A DNA stretch of 62,000 nucleotides from Lama guanicoe (Eukaryota), in assembly GCA_013239625.1 (NCBI GenBank), contig MU054323.1, positions 3,832,161 to 3,894,160 on the forward strand, written 5' to 3'. The notes below the pieces were generated by a model. The model was not told where the DNA came from and did not search any database. It was given only the letters and a program-made list of their open reading frames with translations. The number at the start of each line of letters is the position of its first letter. The first letter of the stretch is position 1. This document shows positions 1 through 12,859 of this stretch, in pieces. Made by a program: the position numbers and the translations under genes.

Positions 1-879
1 TCTTTGATCTTAGCCATGTGTATTAGTTTTTAACATTTGAAGTTTAAAAATGCATTATGTTGTGACCTTAAAAACTGCAAAGGAATCCTATTCTCAGCCC
101 AAACCAACCAGGCTAACATATTTGTTTCACATTCTCATTAGCAGCCTTAATGAGGCCCAGGCCTATGATTGAGCTGTCTCTGAATTACTCAACAGAGATA
201 TTCTCCACAGTGCTGAGTACCACACAACAGAGGAACTAAACTGTCATTTATTCTCTTGCTCTGTTACCATGATTTCTCTGTTCAACTTTTGCTTTGTTGG
301 ATTTAGATCCCTTTAAAGGGGTGTCATGCTTGCCTGTCTTTTCATAATCTAGTTCCTGAAAATCAAAAGGTAGTGACATCTTTAGGGTTCATTTTCATTT
401 ATGATTTTCTTTAGAATTCCTTACTGAAATTGATGGAGTTAAACAAAAATTTAAAAGATATGTTGAATTTCCAATATTATTAAGGCATCTTAACTTTTAG
501 TTTTAGCATCATCCATTTTTGTAACATTTCAGAAAGGTTAGGAAATCACATTCATTTTCCTTTTCTCTCTCTCTTTTTTTTGGGGGGAGGGGTGAAGGGA
601 ATTTTTTCCCCAGATGGTCAAATTGAGATATCAAGCCCAAACAGTATCTGTGGGAACTGAGTAGATGCATGAACTTTTGGCTGCCCACATCTGGCCTTCT
701 CCCTATGCTTGGGGAAACATTCTATGTAATAAATCTTGTAACATCCTAAGCATTGTGCTGTGCTTGGTTCAAGATAACTCCTTCTAGCTGAGGAAATGAG
801 ATTATCCCACATAAAACTGTCCTAATTTGGTAGACAAGCTCATCATCAGGTGCTATATTGAATAGCATGCTCTTAAGAG

Positions 880-1420
880 TTAGAAGATGGGGGATTCACT
901 AAACTATAAATTGGCTAAGAAAAGCTTTTGACTGAAGGGAATTTTTGAGTCCTGCTTTGAAAGATAGTTACTATCTGCATAAAGGAGAAAGAAAATGGCA
1001 TTCTAGATGAGATTAATTTAACAAACTATATTAAATTGTCTACATAGCATGATCCAGTGGAGAAAAGTTAACTGTCATCTCAACTTTGCACAATCAAGAC
1101 TAAAAATATTTTACTGCAAGTATTCTCACTAAGGTTTTGCACAATTTCTGCTAAAGAATTGCCCTGTGCTCCTTCATGTCCATTTCAACACCCTTTCCAA
1201 AGCTCTGTGGCCTTACATATCTCATGCCCTCTGCCTGGAATGCCATTTTCTTCCCTGGTAGCCTGACCACATTAGCCCAGGAAATTCCTACACAGCTTTC
1301 AACACTCAAACATCACTGTCGTAACTTTCCTATGCAGAATTAGGCTCTTTGGTTTTCAAGATACCTTGAACATAGCTATAGTCTTGTACTTATTCCATCA
1401 CATGACTATTTTTGTTTGTT
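880..1420. mobile_element. L2 fragments (both orientations)
   Basis: L2 hallmark ctctgcctggaatgcc, and an opposite-orientation segment ending ggcattctagatgag. Confidence 0.55.
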
Positions 1421-1429
1421 TTGCTGGAA

Positions 1430-1600
1430 GATTTAAAAGCAAATTCCAGACATTGTATCATTTTAACCTTAAATACTTCAGTATAAATCTCTAACAGATT
1501 AGGACTTTCAAAGAAAGAGCAACAATATTATCACACCACATAAAATTAGCAATAATGAATATTCTTAATGTCCAGCTCATGTTCAATTTCTCTAAAATGG
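1430..1600 (-). mobile_element. Old L1 (L1MC/ME-like) 3' fragment
   Basis: aaagcaaattccagacattgtatcatttt...aaatacttcagtata motif typical of L1MC4-type 3' ends. Confidence 0.5.
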
Positions 1601-2569
1601 ATTTAGCTGACTGGTTACAATCTGGGGCTTCTGAGACAACAATAAGTGTGTATATTTTACCATTGGAGTACATTAATGTTGTCATTTAATCTCACTGCAG
1701 AGCCTCTGATGGCCTGTTTTATACAGCATAGCAAGGACAAAATTTTAAATGGAAAATAAAATGTAGATAAGATAAAATTTTAGCTTTGAGCATGAATTAT
1801 TGCATGGCCTTGGATTTATTAAATAATGTACTCTTAAGCAAGTTTATAGCCTTCTGGGGGCAAAATCCATTTTGTCCACCAGTGGACCTAGGACACCCAA
1901 AGAGCAGTTATTGGTGGAATAGTCTCCTGAGGGTAGGAGCAAGACTCTCCTACTGGGTCTCTCTCTTGACCGATGTAGACCATAGGCTAACAGTCAAACC
2001 AAATGAATTTTTTAAAAAACCAACAAAACCAACAAGCTGGAATAGAATTTTTACCCCCCAATGTTTCTTTCTAAAGTGAAGGACCTTGATTAGTTTAAAA
2101 TTCCTGGCTTCTCTCAAGCCCTTCCTCACTGTGCCAGGGGAAAGTGGAGTGACTTGCCTGATTTATGTAATTTTGAGAAGAATAAATTACTCAAGAAAAC
2201 TCATCTCTGTTTTCTTCTGGGAGCTAGCTTCCTGCAGGGAGTAGAAGGTCTTTACTTCTCCGTGACATAACCTGGGCAACTCTCCACCCCTGTAGAAGAT
2301 TACCTGTGCCTGAGTGGGTAAGTCTGTATAATTCTGGGGTTCACTTTGCAGGCCCTTTTGGGATGCTAGCTGTGGATTCCAATATAGCCATTATCAGAAA
2401 TCAAGATGATATTTATGTCTCCAAATGTTCTATGAGCATATATAAGACTATGGTCAATTTCATTTCTCAGATTTTTCAGAACCCAAATGGGGATGAAGGA
2501 TACTATTTGGTGGGGAGGGTCTTGTCAAAAATATAAATAATCATTAAATATTATGACAGTATGCTGCTG

Positions 2570-3190
2570 TACTGTATTGACTAATATTTTGCATAGGATT
2601 TTATGTTGATATTCTTAAGTGGGATCAATTTATGGCTTTCTTTTAGGGTTTTTGTTACCAATATTACAATAACTTTATAAAAAGAATTTAGAAGTTTTCA
2701 TTCTTTTTATTTTCTATGCTCTGCAACAATTTAAATAGTATTGGAACTATCAATAATTTATATTTTCCCCAAAAATCACCCTTTTAATTCAGGTTCTCAA
2801 ATTCATTTGCTTAGAGTTGAGCAAAGTAGTTACTTACGAATCTTTCAGTTTTCTCTGTATTTGTGGTTATTACATCATCATTTTCAACTTTTGTACTTCC
2901 TGTGCTATCTATCACCCATTTGCCCACTTGATCAGGTGACCTAATGGTTTATTTTTATATATTCTTATGTGTTGGGGGCAAGAAACAGTTCTTGGATTTA
3001 TATAATAGTTTTACATATTTTTTTTCAAATACTGAATACTTTTAATTTATGATTCTTCCCTTGGCATTCTTTTTTCTCCCTAACTTGAGTCTTACTTGTA
3101 AATGTAAAATTTCCAGCTATGAATTTTCTTCTCAGCTTTGCTTTGCTTCTATTCCATATTTCTAATGTATTGATGAGTAAAGTCATTTGA
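2570..3190 (-). mobile_element. Old L1 ORF2 remnant
   Basis: T-rich antisense L1 pattern (ctaatattttgcataggatttt..., gctatgaattttcttctcagc). Confidence 0.5.
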
Positions 3191-3289
3191 TAAGCAAGCA
3201 GATTTGCCCAGTTGAGAGTTCTGTTGTCCCTTGAAGAAGAGCGTTGAATGATCATTGGATAAATATGTCCAAGTCTCTTAACTGGAAGT

Positions 3290-3660
3290 CTCTTAAGCAA
3301 CAAAGTTATTCCCAATAGTTTTCTGCCCTTCCCACTGAGAGATGTATTTTGTACTTCATTGGTGTTAAACTTGGGCATGTGGCTTGTTTTGGACAATGAA
3401 ATATTAACAGATGGTCCATTGTGAGTTTCTACCCTTGTGGAATTCTGTCATTCCTGTTATCTCTTTGCCCCAAGATCGGTGTCCCAGACTGGGGTTGTTT
3501 CTTTGTCCAGGGTCCCAGAATGAAGAAGACATGGAGTAAGGGTGGAAGTAATGGGTGAAGGACATGTTATGGGAGCAAGAAATAAACTGCTTTTGTAAAC
3601 TGCTGAGATTTCTGAGGTGTTTATTATTGCATCATGTTGGTTATAGCATAACTGTCTTAT
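3290..3660 (+). mobile_element. MaLR LTR (MLT1-type)
   Basis: ttgggcatgtggcttgttttggacaatgaaat ... gagcaagaaataaac...ctgagatttctgagg. Confidence 0.7.
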
Positions 3661-3828
3661 ATAGCATATATTGAATATATATGTGTGTGTATATTCCTTT
3701 ATATGTACCTTTATACACTATATTATATGTACATATATCATGTATACCCGAATATGACATAGTAACATCTTTTGAACAAATAATGTATATTTTATGGAAC
3801 TTAAGATGTAACTTTTGCTAATTAAATT

Positions 3829-5080
3829 TTTATTAAAGTTTATAGTTATGTCTTTGCTTTTACAATATGTTTTTTCTCATAGTTGTGACTTCTTTGATGC
3901 CAAGCCTTTGGTCAAAAAGCTCCTCCATTATAGCTTTGTTTCTTTGAGAAAATCCCATTGCTCTGTACCTTTCAGCTTTGGGACTTTTTTCTAGAAATTC
4001 ACTAATATGAAAAAAAGACAGTGCCTCTACTTGTTTGCAGTTTTTGAATTCTGATTTTATTACTCCTTAAAACCAGTGGAAATGACCTGTAATTCTAGTG
4101 ACATAATAGGTCTTGTAAGTATTGTATTTTACAGAAGAAAAAAATTGTCTCCTATAACCATCAGATATATAAACAGAACAAGATATGAAGATAGTTTAAA
4201 GAATTCTAAATACGGAAAAGAATTTTTTTTTTCTGGAAAACATAATCAATAAGCCAGGTAGTAGTTAAAGATTCTAAAATATACATCTTATTTTTAACAC
4301 TGTAAATTAAGAGTTGTGTCTTTGATTTAGTGAGTACTCGTATAATTTTTCAATTATTGTAAGGTCTTATAGAATATTATATATTGGTAGATCTAAGCAA
4401 AACATAAGATGCCAAAAATATTTGAAAATAGTATTTTTGATTCAGTAACCCCTGCCTTACATTGTCATTATTTCACATGGCAAAGGTGGCATAAGTGAAA
4501 ATTTGGTTAATTGTCTACTTTTGTTCTTATAAACCTCGGTTCTCTATATGTTAGTACAAATCTGAGCTTTAGTATGCTAATCTCTGAGTAATCAAATAGG
4601 CCTAGGAAAAAATAATCCACAGGAGAACGGCAACTACAGGCCATATGATTTGCATTATTAGTACTTTCCATGTAATAATTCTACACATTGTTATCATTAG
4701 CAACACTATTTCAATCATGAATATCACCAAGTTCAGAAGAAATCATTTCTGAATTGTCTCTATTAGACCATGATCAAGAGGAAAAAATGCAAGACTGAAT
4801 TTTCCTTTAGTGTTATATCTGACATTTTTAAATAGACTCATTTTCTGTGGTTTCATGTAACCTATTACATTTGTCACTGAATGGCAAGGAGGCCTGTCTC
4901 TCATTAGCACTTCCGCTAGTACTTGAGAAAAATATCCTGGAAGAAAAAAGATACAATTTTCCCTCCCTGGATTTGGAGGCATTTGATTTTTTTGGAGAAT
5001 TTCAGTGTATATCATCTCTAATTTTAGTTGAATACCCTTTACCATATGATGTTACAAGATATAACAAACACACTATCCGC
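3829..5080 (-). pseudogene. Terminal exon remnant with polyadenylation signal
   Basis: Acceptor atacttctAG. Reads GG*CVCYIL*HHMVKGIQL, versus RGSL1 GGDNAILRFTLLRGIEW. The same frame continues as ORF 4743-5045; AATAAA at 3829-3834. Confidence 0.5.
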
Positions 5081-5489
5081 CTAGAAGTATGTTTCTCTTT
5101 GATCCTAAAAATGGCTTTTGATTAAAAAATTGGCTCTCCATTATGTTAAGAGTGAGATAGGATTTAAATGGTGGTCGGGGAGACTGATCTATAAAAGACA
5201 GAACAAAAGAATGAATCAGAATTAAATGTTACTTTTTTATCCATCTCTTAATTTTTTTCCCCTCCTTTATGTTCATCTGAGCCCCAAGATTCCTTGTAAA
5301 CTTGCGTAGATGTGGAATGTGTTTATATTGGATTTGTCTGTTATGTGGGTGTGTGTGTCTTTATAAAGCTGTCTTGGGAAGTGTTTTTAGCCCAGTTATT
5401 TGCTTTGCTCTTCCTTCCTTTTTCTCCTAGCACTGGAGATGTTCTTAACATCTGTTAGTGACTCTGTTAGGGTGAGTCATTTAGGATAT

Positions 5490-6415
5490 GAACGTTAGAC
5501 TGTGTTACTCCCATGCTTAAAATTGCTTCTCGGCTCCCTCTTACCTACGAGATGAAACCCACACTCTATCCAGCATAATAAGGTCTTCATAATCTGGTCC
5601 TAATCTTCCATTCTGGCCTTATCTACAACCTCCAGGGGTCTAAACTATCTATAGTTTCCCTACAAGCTATTTTGTAACCCCTCTGTCTTTACGAATCCTA
5701 TTTGTGTGGCCTGGGATGTTCTTCACCAACTGGGGAAGCTGATTAATTCCTTTTGTTCCTTTTGTTTTAACTCAAATTCTAGACCTTTTTAGGGAAGCCT
5801 TTCCTACTCTGCCTCAGGCATCCTACAGAGTTCCTACTGTACTTTGTACACACCTGATGAAGCAAAGATGGCTAATTTACTTCCAATCCAACATCCTTTC
5901 TAGCCTCTCCTCATAAGAGATTCCTGATTTTATTTGGGATGGCACTGTGTCCAATTCCCAAACTTCTTGTGACTAAGTGATCAGTCTCTGGCCATTGAAA
6001 TACAAATGTATGCTGAGTGGGACTTCCATGAAATTTTCGGAAAAGGAGAAACCTGGCACTGGCCCTTTTTGTCTTTATGTACGACCTGAAATGTGGATGT
6101 ATTGATTGGAGCTTCAGCATCCATCTTGGACCATGAGACTCCCTTGAAAATGAACACTATTGCATTAGAGATGGTGGGGCAGAAAGGAAGAAATCTGAGA
6201 TTGACACTGAAATTGCCTTAATAGCATTGGACTGTATATTGCTGAACTCTTTACGTGAGAGATAGAGTTTTATTTCTTGTGGTTTAACCTGGCCTGATTT
6301 AGGTTTTCTGTTATGTATACCAACTCTAATTTTGACTAATACATCTGCATTATAGCCATTACCAAAGTGTATTAATATTGGCCTATTTTCATATATATAT
6401 GTATCTTTCCCACTA
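5490..6415 (+). mobile_element. L2 interrupted by MLT1 LTR (~5865-6340)
   Basis: L2 motifs on both sides. MLT motifs gtgactaagt..tctggccattga and gcagcatccatcttggaccatgag-like. Confidence 0.6.
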
Positions 6416-6551
6416 TGTTATTTCTTAGTAGGAGAGGTGGGGTTGCTATGTTGTGTTGTAATATAAATATCATACTGAGTCCTGCCAGGACATGACTCTT
6501 GAGTTGGTAGTGGGAGTGAGGGGGAGGATGAGGTCTTCCAAAAGGTCATTC

Positions 6552-7610
6552 GTTTCTTTTCCTTTTTTTTTTTAACCAACTATCACTATGCAGAGAAATT
6601 ACATAATTATTGACTGTATTCCTCACACTGTGTGTTTCATACTGTGACTCATTTATTTTGGAACTGGAAGTTTGTACCTCTTTCTCTTCTCCCCCACCTT
6701 CTCCCTTCTAGCAATCACCAGTTTGTTCTTTTTATCTATGACTGTTTCTATTTAGTTATATTTATTCATTTGTTTTGTTTTTTAGATTCCACATGTAAGT
6801 GAAATCATAAAGTATTTTTCTTTCTCTGACTTATTTCACTTAGTGTAATACCCTGTAGGTCTATCCATGTTGTATCAAATTGCAAGATTTCATTCTTTTT
6901 TATAGCTGAGTAATATTCCATTGTATATATATACTGCATCTTCTTTATCCATTCACTTACTGATGGGCATTTAGGTTGCGTCCATATCTTGGCTATTGTA
7001 AATAATGCTGTGATGAACATAGAGGTGCATGTATCTTTTCAAATTAGTGTTTTCGTTTTCTTTGGGTAAATAACCAGGAGTAAAACCTCTCTATCATATA
7101 GTAGTTCTATTTTTAATTTTTTGAGAAATCTCCTTACTGTTTTCCACAGTTGAACCATGTACATTCCCACCAACAGTGCATGAGAGTTCCCTTTTTGTCA
7201 CATCCTCACCAGTACTTTTTATTTGTTGTCTCTTGTCATGTGCCTGTTTGCCATCTGTATGTCTTCTTTGGAAAAATGTCTATTCAAGTCCTCTGCCCAT
7301 TTTTAAATCAGTATTTTTTTAATTTTATTTTTTATTGAAGTTTAGTTGGCTTGCACTGATTTTAAGTTGATTTACAATTTTCAGGTGTACAGCAAAACTA
7401 TTCAGTTGTACATATATATATTTTTTCAGATTCTTTGCCATTATATGTTATTACAAGAAATTGAATATAGCTCCCTGTGCAATATAGTAGGTCCTTGTTG
7501 TTCATCCCCTTTATATATAGTAATGTGTATCTGTGAATCATAAACTTCTAATTTATCCCTCCCCTACCCTTTCCTCTTTGGTAACCATAGTTTGTTTCCT
7601 GTGTTAGTGA
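6552..7610 (-). mobile_element. Two L1 3' fragments (6552-7315 and 7316-7610)
   Basis: ORF 6805-7020 encodes the L1 ORF2 C-terminus (MFITALFTIAKIWTQPKCPS..EWIKKM). L1 3' UTR and poly-T are present. Confidence 0.9.
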
Positions 7611-7614
7611 GGTA

Positions 7615-8505
7615 GAACTTGTGTGGACCATGAGGGAAGGAAGAAGGATGACATCTTGAGACCACTCTGTGTCCTACTGGAGCAAGCAACCAAGTTATTC
7701 AGTACCCATGAGCTATAAAGAAGTTAAGCCAGTGCCTACATGCAGTCGAGTCTCCTTTTGAGTATCCCCTGGGTTGAGCAGCTAGGCTACTTGGCTTTGG
7801 ATTTAGCTTCCTAGTAAGAAACTCCCTAGCATTGGTCACATTACCACTCATGGACCCTCAGCAGTACCTTCTTTTCAGAGCTTTAATTGGGATGTTCCCA
7901 GCCACCCTGGGTGGGACAGCCTCTTACTTGGTGTTCTGAGACATTTATAATCTGTCTGAAGGAAGGCAGGATCCTGGTCTGTTAATCTTGTGGTGAGTGA
8001 GAGCAAAAGTCTTGTGACTTAGGTTAGCTTGAACTGAACAGAATTAGCTCAAGGTCTCCACCACATCTTGGCCTATGGTAAAGTATACCTTGATTGTCTG
8101 ACTGTGTTGAGAAGTTTTTGGGGAGTTACAAATAGGAGTCTAGGTTGTTTTCAAGGTCTTAGTGATGGTAAGAAAGGTCTTAGAAGCAGGAGCTTGAAAG
8201 TCAAACTGTCCCCTGTGCCCACCCATGGCATTTTTGTGGGGCATCAGCTTAATTTGGCCCTTCTAATTTTCAATTTTGTGGCCTTGGCTGATCTAACTGG
8301 AGACCACCCCTGCTTTCTTTTCCCCCATATACTTGTCCGTTGAGTTATCAGGAAATGTTGGATCAGACATGGAAGTGGGCAAAAGAGATTGATGTATGTC
8401 CTTTCAGTGCAGTGCTGGATGTTGCCTAGTGTACACTTGGGGGGTTGTCTGACTGTAAACAGCTGTGCTGCTTTCACTGGTTTTCTATGGACCTTCTGTA
8501 GGGGT
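7615..8505 (-). mobile_element. Degraded ERV internal fragment (integrase region)
   Basis: Integrase motifs in order across frames: LLPTSM...(H>Y)MGEKK (~8314-8331), RPF, FVTPQKL..QSDNQG.YFT.GQDV (~8060-8130), HP..AG, H..TGLTSL*LMG (~7705-7740). Confidence 0.65.
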
Positions 8506-8509
8506 AGAA

Positions 8510-8597
8510 GTTAACTTATAAAAAGCTGACTGTAGTACGTATGATATCGTCCATAGTAATGGAAATGAATTTTGTCTGGTAGAGGTAAAATTGATTC
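8510..8597 (-). pseudogene. Exon remnant truncated by ERV fragment
   Basis: Acceptor ttctctttattatagacAG. INFTSTRQNSFPLLWTISYVLQSAFY aligns without gaps to RGSL1 VNVPEFQKDAILAAITEGYLDRSVFH. Confidence 0.5.
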
Positions 8598-9359
8598 CTG
8601 TCTATAATAAAGAGAAGCCTAAACATTAATACCTTGTTGTGCTTAAGAATAGTAAGCAATTTTACATCTACTAGCTACTCGCTTTCAGCATCCCAAAGAT
8701 ATTTCAGAAACATAAATTCCATATATATGTATGTATATATATACATATATACGAACATACATATATTCAAATCTTCTTTAAGCTTGTCTTAAAATCTTAC
8801 TGTTTCCCTTACTATCTAATAACTTGAGTAAAAGAAAATAAATAAAATCTTTGACTTATGTTCATTTTGTATTTGCATGAGTGCTTTTAACTTTTTGAAA
8901 TTATACTTTAAGAGAATAACTTCTTTAGATGATGAGGACTTCTTGAGATGATTCTCTGAGATTTCTTTTTCCTTGTTTACTTTATGCTACTTTTAAAATG
9001 TTCCTTTCTGTTCTAGAACACAAAATTTTTTCCATTGCTCTAAGTGGTCATAACATTAGATGGAGAGGAATGGAGAGGAATGTGGTTGATTGCTGCAAGT
9101 ACTAATTTTTCTTAATCATGGGACATTTTTGTTCAATAAAATGTCTTTACCCTGGTTGGCTTAGTCTTGTAGTATAAGATGTACTTACAAACCTAATCAA
9201 GCATCTTGCCTGGTTCATAAGTACAAAGAGGCTGGACATTAGCAATGTTGTTAGAACTGGTGTTATAATGAGAGCAAACACAAGTCATCATTTCGTTATT
9301 CTAATGACTTATGGCTGAGCTGAGCACCATAAACCACATTAGACTTTATATCAGAATGG

Positions 9360-9800
9360 GAGAAAGCAAGGGTCATCCAGTGTAGAAAAACAGTATGAGC
9401 AAAGTATTGGAGATTATGAGCATTGGAATGATTAAGACATGAGGAAAGATTTTACTGATTGGGCAGATTATCGTCCACAGATTGAGCAGTGGACGATAAG
9501 ATAAATGAAGGCCTTTGAAATTTATCCTACAGGAAAGTGAGGAGATTCTAGTTATTCTTAAGCAGGGGAATGGAATTCTAAACATACATGGCTTAAGACT
9601 AATGTGGCAGTCATGTGTCAGAAGGATTGGATTTGGAGGTGGCTGGCTGAGGTGGGTGGAGGAGAGTTAGAGACAGAACATCCTGGATGGAACATCCTGG
9701 ATGGAAAGTGAAAGAAGAATGTAGGAGATGTATTCATTTTGGAATAGAAAATGGAAAAGATACGGGAAATGACTTCAAAAGCTTGAAGCTTGGGATGAAT
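9360..9800 (-). mobile_element. L2 fragment
   Basis: Purine-rich antisense L2 pattern (tttatcctacagg..., ttaagcaggggaatg, ttttggaatag). Confidence 0.5.
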
Positions 9801-9859
9801 GATTCCATTGAAAAGGAAGACAGACAAAATTTCTATTTTCTGAATTTTTTCAGAAAAAC

Positions 9860-9965
9860 CTGTAAGGCAGATCTGACAACAAAAAACTTTATATTCTATG
9901 ATTTTTCTCTACTTTTTAAATTTTGAAGCATCTCCTCCAGCTTTTCTCATTGATAGTCACACAGT
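9860..9965 (-). pseudogene. Exon remnant, last RGS-like domain
   Basis: Acceptor ccttcctcacAG. Reads DASKFKK*RKIIEYKVF / LSDLPYR, versus RGSL1 DVILMRSKMNIIQKLFLNSDIPPKLR. Confidence 0.5.
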
Positions 9966-10373
9966 CTGTGAGGAAGGCATAGTAATTGCCATTTTCCAGC
10001 TGTTATCCTTACAGAAAAAGAACTGAAGCTCAGAGATGTTAAGGGAGTAAGTGATTTATTCAGACTCAGGGAAGTGGCCTGACTTAGACTGATTGAATTT
10101 TTGACCAAAGAAGTAAGTAAAATGATGTACAAGCTTCATAGGAATTCAGGATAATAGGTGGGTACCCAGGTAGAGAAAGAAGAGTTTGGCCAAGTAGGTA
10201 GGGTCAGTTCTCTTCTAGGTGTGAGAGATAAATATCATGGATGTGAAATAGTTGGAAAGTAAGGGTCCATGTATCTGAAACTTGACTCTCTAGTATTAAT
10301 CCAAATTGGAAGTAGAGTCTTACCCAGCAAAAACAGACATATTGCAAGATATAACATATTGATCATTCTCTAC

Positions 10374-10480
10374 CCAGATTTTTGGAAATTTTCATGTGTA
10401 TAGCACAAAGAGTTTTCCTCCTTCTCCTTCAAGGGGGAGAAATTGATTTGACTACGCCAAGGAGAGGTGGGGCCAGCATA
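10374..10480 (-). pseudogene. Exon remnant
   Basis: Reads QINF......NSLCYTHENFQK, versus RGSL1 TVNFAINDLYFFSEMEK. Donor gg|GTAGAG; acceptor unclear. Confidence 0.4.
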
Positions 10481-11086
10481 TGACATGAAAGGGGAGAGGT
10501 AAGAAAGCTGTGGAAAGTCCTCCCTGAAGTAAGACACTCCTCTATGCACCATAGAGTTTTTGCAAGGTAGGAAGAGAAGTTCTTTCCATATCCATCCTTA
10601 CTGGGTGTGTTCTGGAAACCGTGCTAAAGCAGCATTGCATGTTCTCGTCTCCCCATTCTCCATAGGTCAGGGATAGGCAGAAGTAGCGAGGGTAGTGAAA
10701 GTACTAATTAACCCTCACGTCCATTTTTGTCTCTGGATACTGGTCATTAGTGTCAAAGCCTTCAAGTGCATGTGCCGTTTCTCAAGGCTATACCTTGTCT
10801 TCCTCCCCACAGCTCATGGGGTACTGATAAAGAAACCTGCTGCTTGGGTTAGTTTCTATATGGCATTAAAGGAATTTTTCAAATCTGTCTGTCATCTAGT
10901 GAATGTTATACCCCCAGAGTTGCAATTTGGATTCTTAGCATCAGTGCCAATCAATAGTAAATTATGGCAGCAAAGAGCATGTGTTCATCTGTCATTTCCA
11001 GTGAAATTGTACGTAATAAAGTGTCGAGGCCTCTCCAGGGCCCAGAAGAAAAGTGCTGGAATCCTGAGCTTTGAGCCTTTGATACG

Positions 11087-11480
11087 TGTGATGGCTAATT
11101 TTATGTCAACTTGACTGAGCCATGGTGCCCAGATATTTGGTCAAACAACATTGTGGATGTTTCTGTGAATGTTTTTGGATGAGATTCACATTTAATTTGG
11201 TGAATTTTGAATAAAGCAGTTTACCTTCCGTAATGTAGAAGGGCCTCATTCAGTTAGCTGAAAGCCTTAATAAAACAAAGACTGACCTCTCCTAAGCAAC
11301 AGGGAATTCTGACAGAAGTTTGCCTTTGGATTCGAAATGCAACTTTTTTCTGGGTCTGGTCTCTGGCCTGCTGGCCTAACCTGCACATTTTGGACTTGCT
11401 AAGTTTCAGAAATTATATGAGCTGGTTCCTTAAAACCTCAATCTCTCTCTCTCTATTTTTTCCCACTAGTTTTCTACTTA
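11087..11480 (+). mobile_element. MLT2 LTR
   Basis: Canonical start tgtgatggctaattttatgtcaacttgactgagccatggtgcccagatatttggtcaaac. Confidence 0.85.
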
Positions 11481-11906
11481 TCTTATTGTTACATAACAAA
11501 CAACCCTAAAATTTAGTGGCACAACTGAGATGGCTCAACTATGTGCTGGAGTGAAGGCCCGCTTTCAACACAGCTCTCACACAGTCACAAGGCTAGCAAG
11601 CTGGTTGGGACCAGCTGTTGTCTGGGAGTGTAGCCAGAGCTGTTGGCCAGCCATCTGGTTCCTTTCCATGTGGGCCTCTCCACAGGCTGCTTGGGCTTGC
11701 TCACAGCGTGGCGACTATATTCTCAATACAAGTGACCTGAGAGACAGAACCAGGCAGCTGTACCTCCTTTATGACCTAGCCTTGGAAGTCACGTAGCATA
11801 TCTGCCATAATGCCAAACCCACCCAAATTTAAGGGTGAAGAATTCTAGGGTTTCCAGATAACATATGAGATACTCAGTTAACTTTGAATTTCAGATAAAT
11901 CAGGTT

Positions 11907-11939
<33 letters not shown>

Positions 11940-12830
11940 TGTGCCACGTGCAATATTGGGCCACATACTAAAAATTCGGGGACTTCCTGTATTTTTCCTT
12001 GTTAAATCTGGCAACCCTGTTACAGACCTCCTGTACTGATTGGAGAAGAGTCAAAGTCACACTGTAGTAAGAGCATGTGGAATGACGGTAATGTTATGCT
12101 ATATTTGGAAAATGCCCTCTGCCCTAGTCTGCCTTCTGACCGCAACAATTTCCACCCCTCACATGTGCAAAATACATGCTTTCCTTAGTCCCAAGACCAC
12201 CAAGTCTCATCTCTTTAAGAATCAACGTGAAGTCCAGGAGCTTATCGTGTTGATCAAGTCCGAGTGCAGATGAGGCTCCTCGGTGGGACACCACTCCTCA
12301 GGTACAACTTGAGTTTCATTCCTTTTAGTCTGAAGACCTATGAGGAGAAGAGACAAGTCTTCTGTTCCTGACACATTCAACATACAAGAGTGAGACCCTC
12401 CATCCAAACACAAGAAATATGAGAATACTTGTCCAGGCTTGTACTGAAATTCACTGAGTGGGTATCGCAGGGTCCTTGCTTAGGGTTCATTCCTATTCCC
12501 TGGGGGTTGTTCTGCAGGGCTCTGCTTTCTGGGCTCTTGGTTCTGCTCTGTGAGTCCCCTTTCCTTTTCCATAAGAAATGGCCTGTGGTTGGAGCTGAGT
12601 AATTCTCTAAGGCTGTTTCCTGTCCATAGCAGTTTGGAAATACAAAGACTTTTTTTCATTTTGTGTTCTCTCTGTTGTTTTCAGTCTAAGTTGTTAAAAT
12701 TCCTTTGAAAATGTTGTTGTGAGCTTTTTGTGCATCAGTTTATAATTCTTTCTGTTAGACAGAAGTCACACTCACGAATCTCCCTAGGAGACTAAACCGG
12801 GCCATGGCCTTTGAGAGTCTTAGAAGCCCT
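11480..12830 (-). mobile_element. MLT1 LTR plus internal sequence, with nested MER53 (11846-12019)
   Basis: MLT1 antisense motifs (cctttccatgtgggcctctccacaggctgc, ttatgacctagccttggaagtcac). MER53 TIRs tagggtttccagat...atctggcaaccctg. Confidence 0.7.
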
Positions 12831-12859
12831 ATTTTTCTGTTTTTCACCTTTGTTGTTTG

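Noticed and set aside
4743..5045. ORF resembling the XKR3 C-terminus (CHS..VGY)
   Set aside because: Only a few residues match and no XK transmembrane region is nearby. The upstream part fits the RGSL1-like terminal motif better.
7615..8600. Endogenous bornavirus-like nucleoprotein (EBLN): short matches such as DFQAP..K.F, TIKVYF and PGDTQKETRL resemble bornavirus N
   Set aside because: The alignment needs many large in-frame indels. The same bases are explained more simply by ordered retroviral integrase motifs (H.G..K, SD.G..FT.GQ, TGLT..LM). A blastx search would settle it.
9189..9300. Minus-strand segment with perfect GTAAGT donor and a hydrophobic translation
   Set aside because: It can be aligned to RGSL1 in more than one register and breaks colinearity, so it is probably AT-rich noise.
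9676..9703. 14-bp tandem duplication (also a 10-bp one at ~9060)
   Set aside because: Ordinary slippage duplications.
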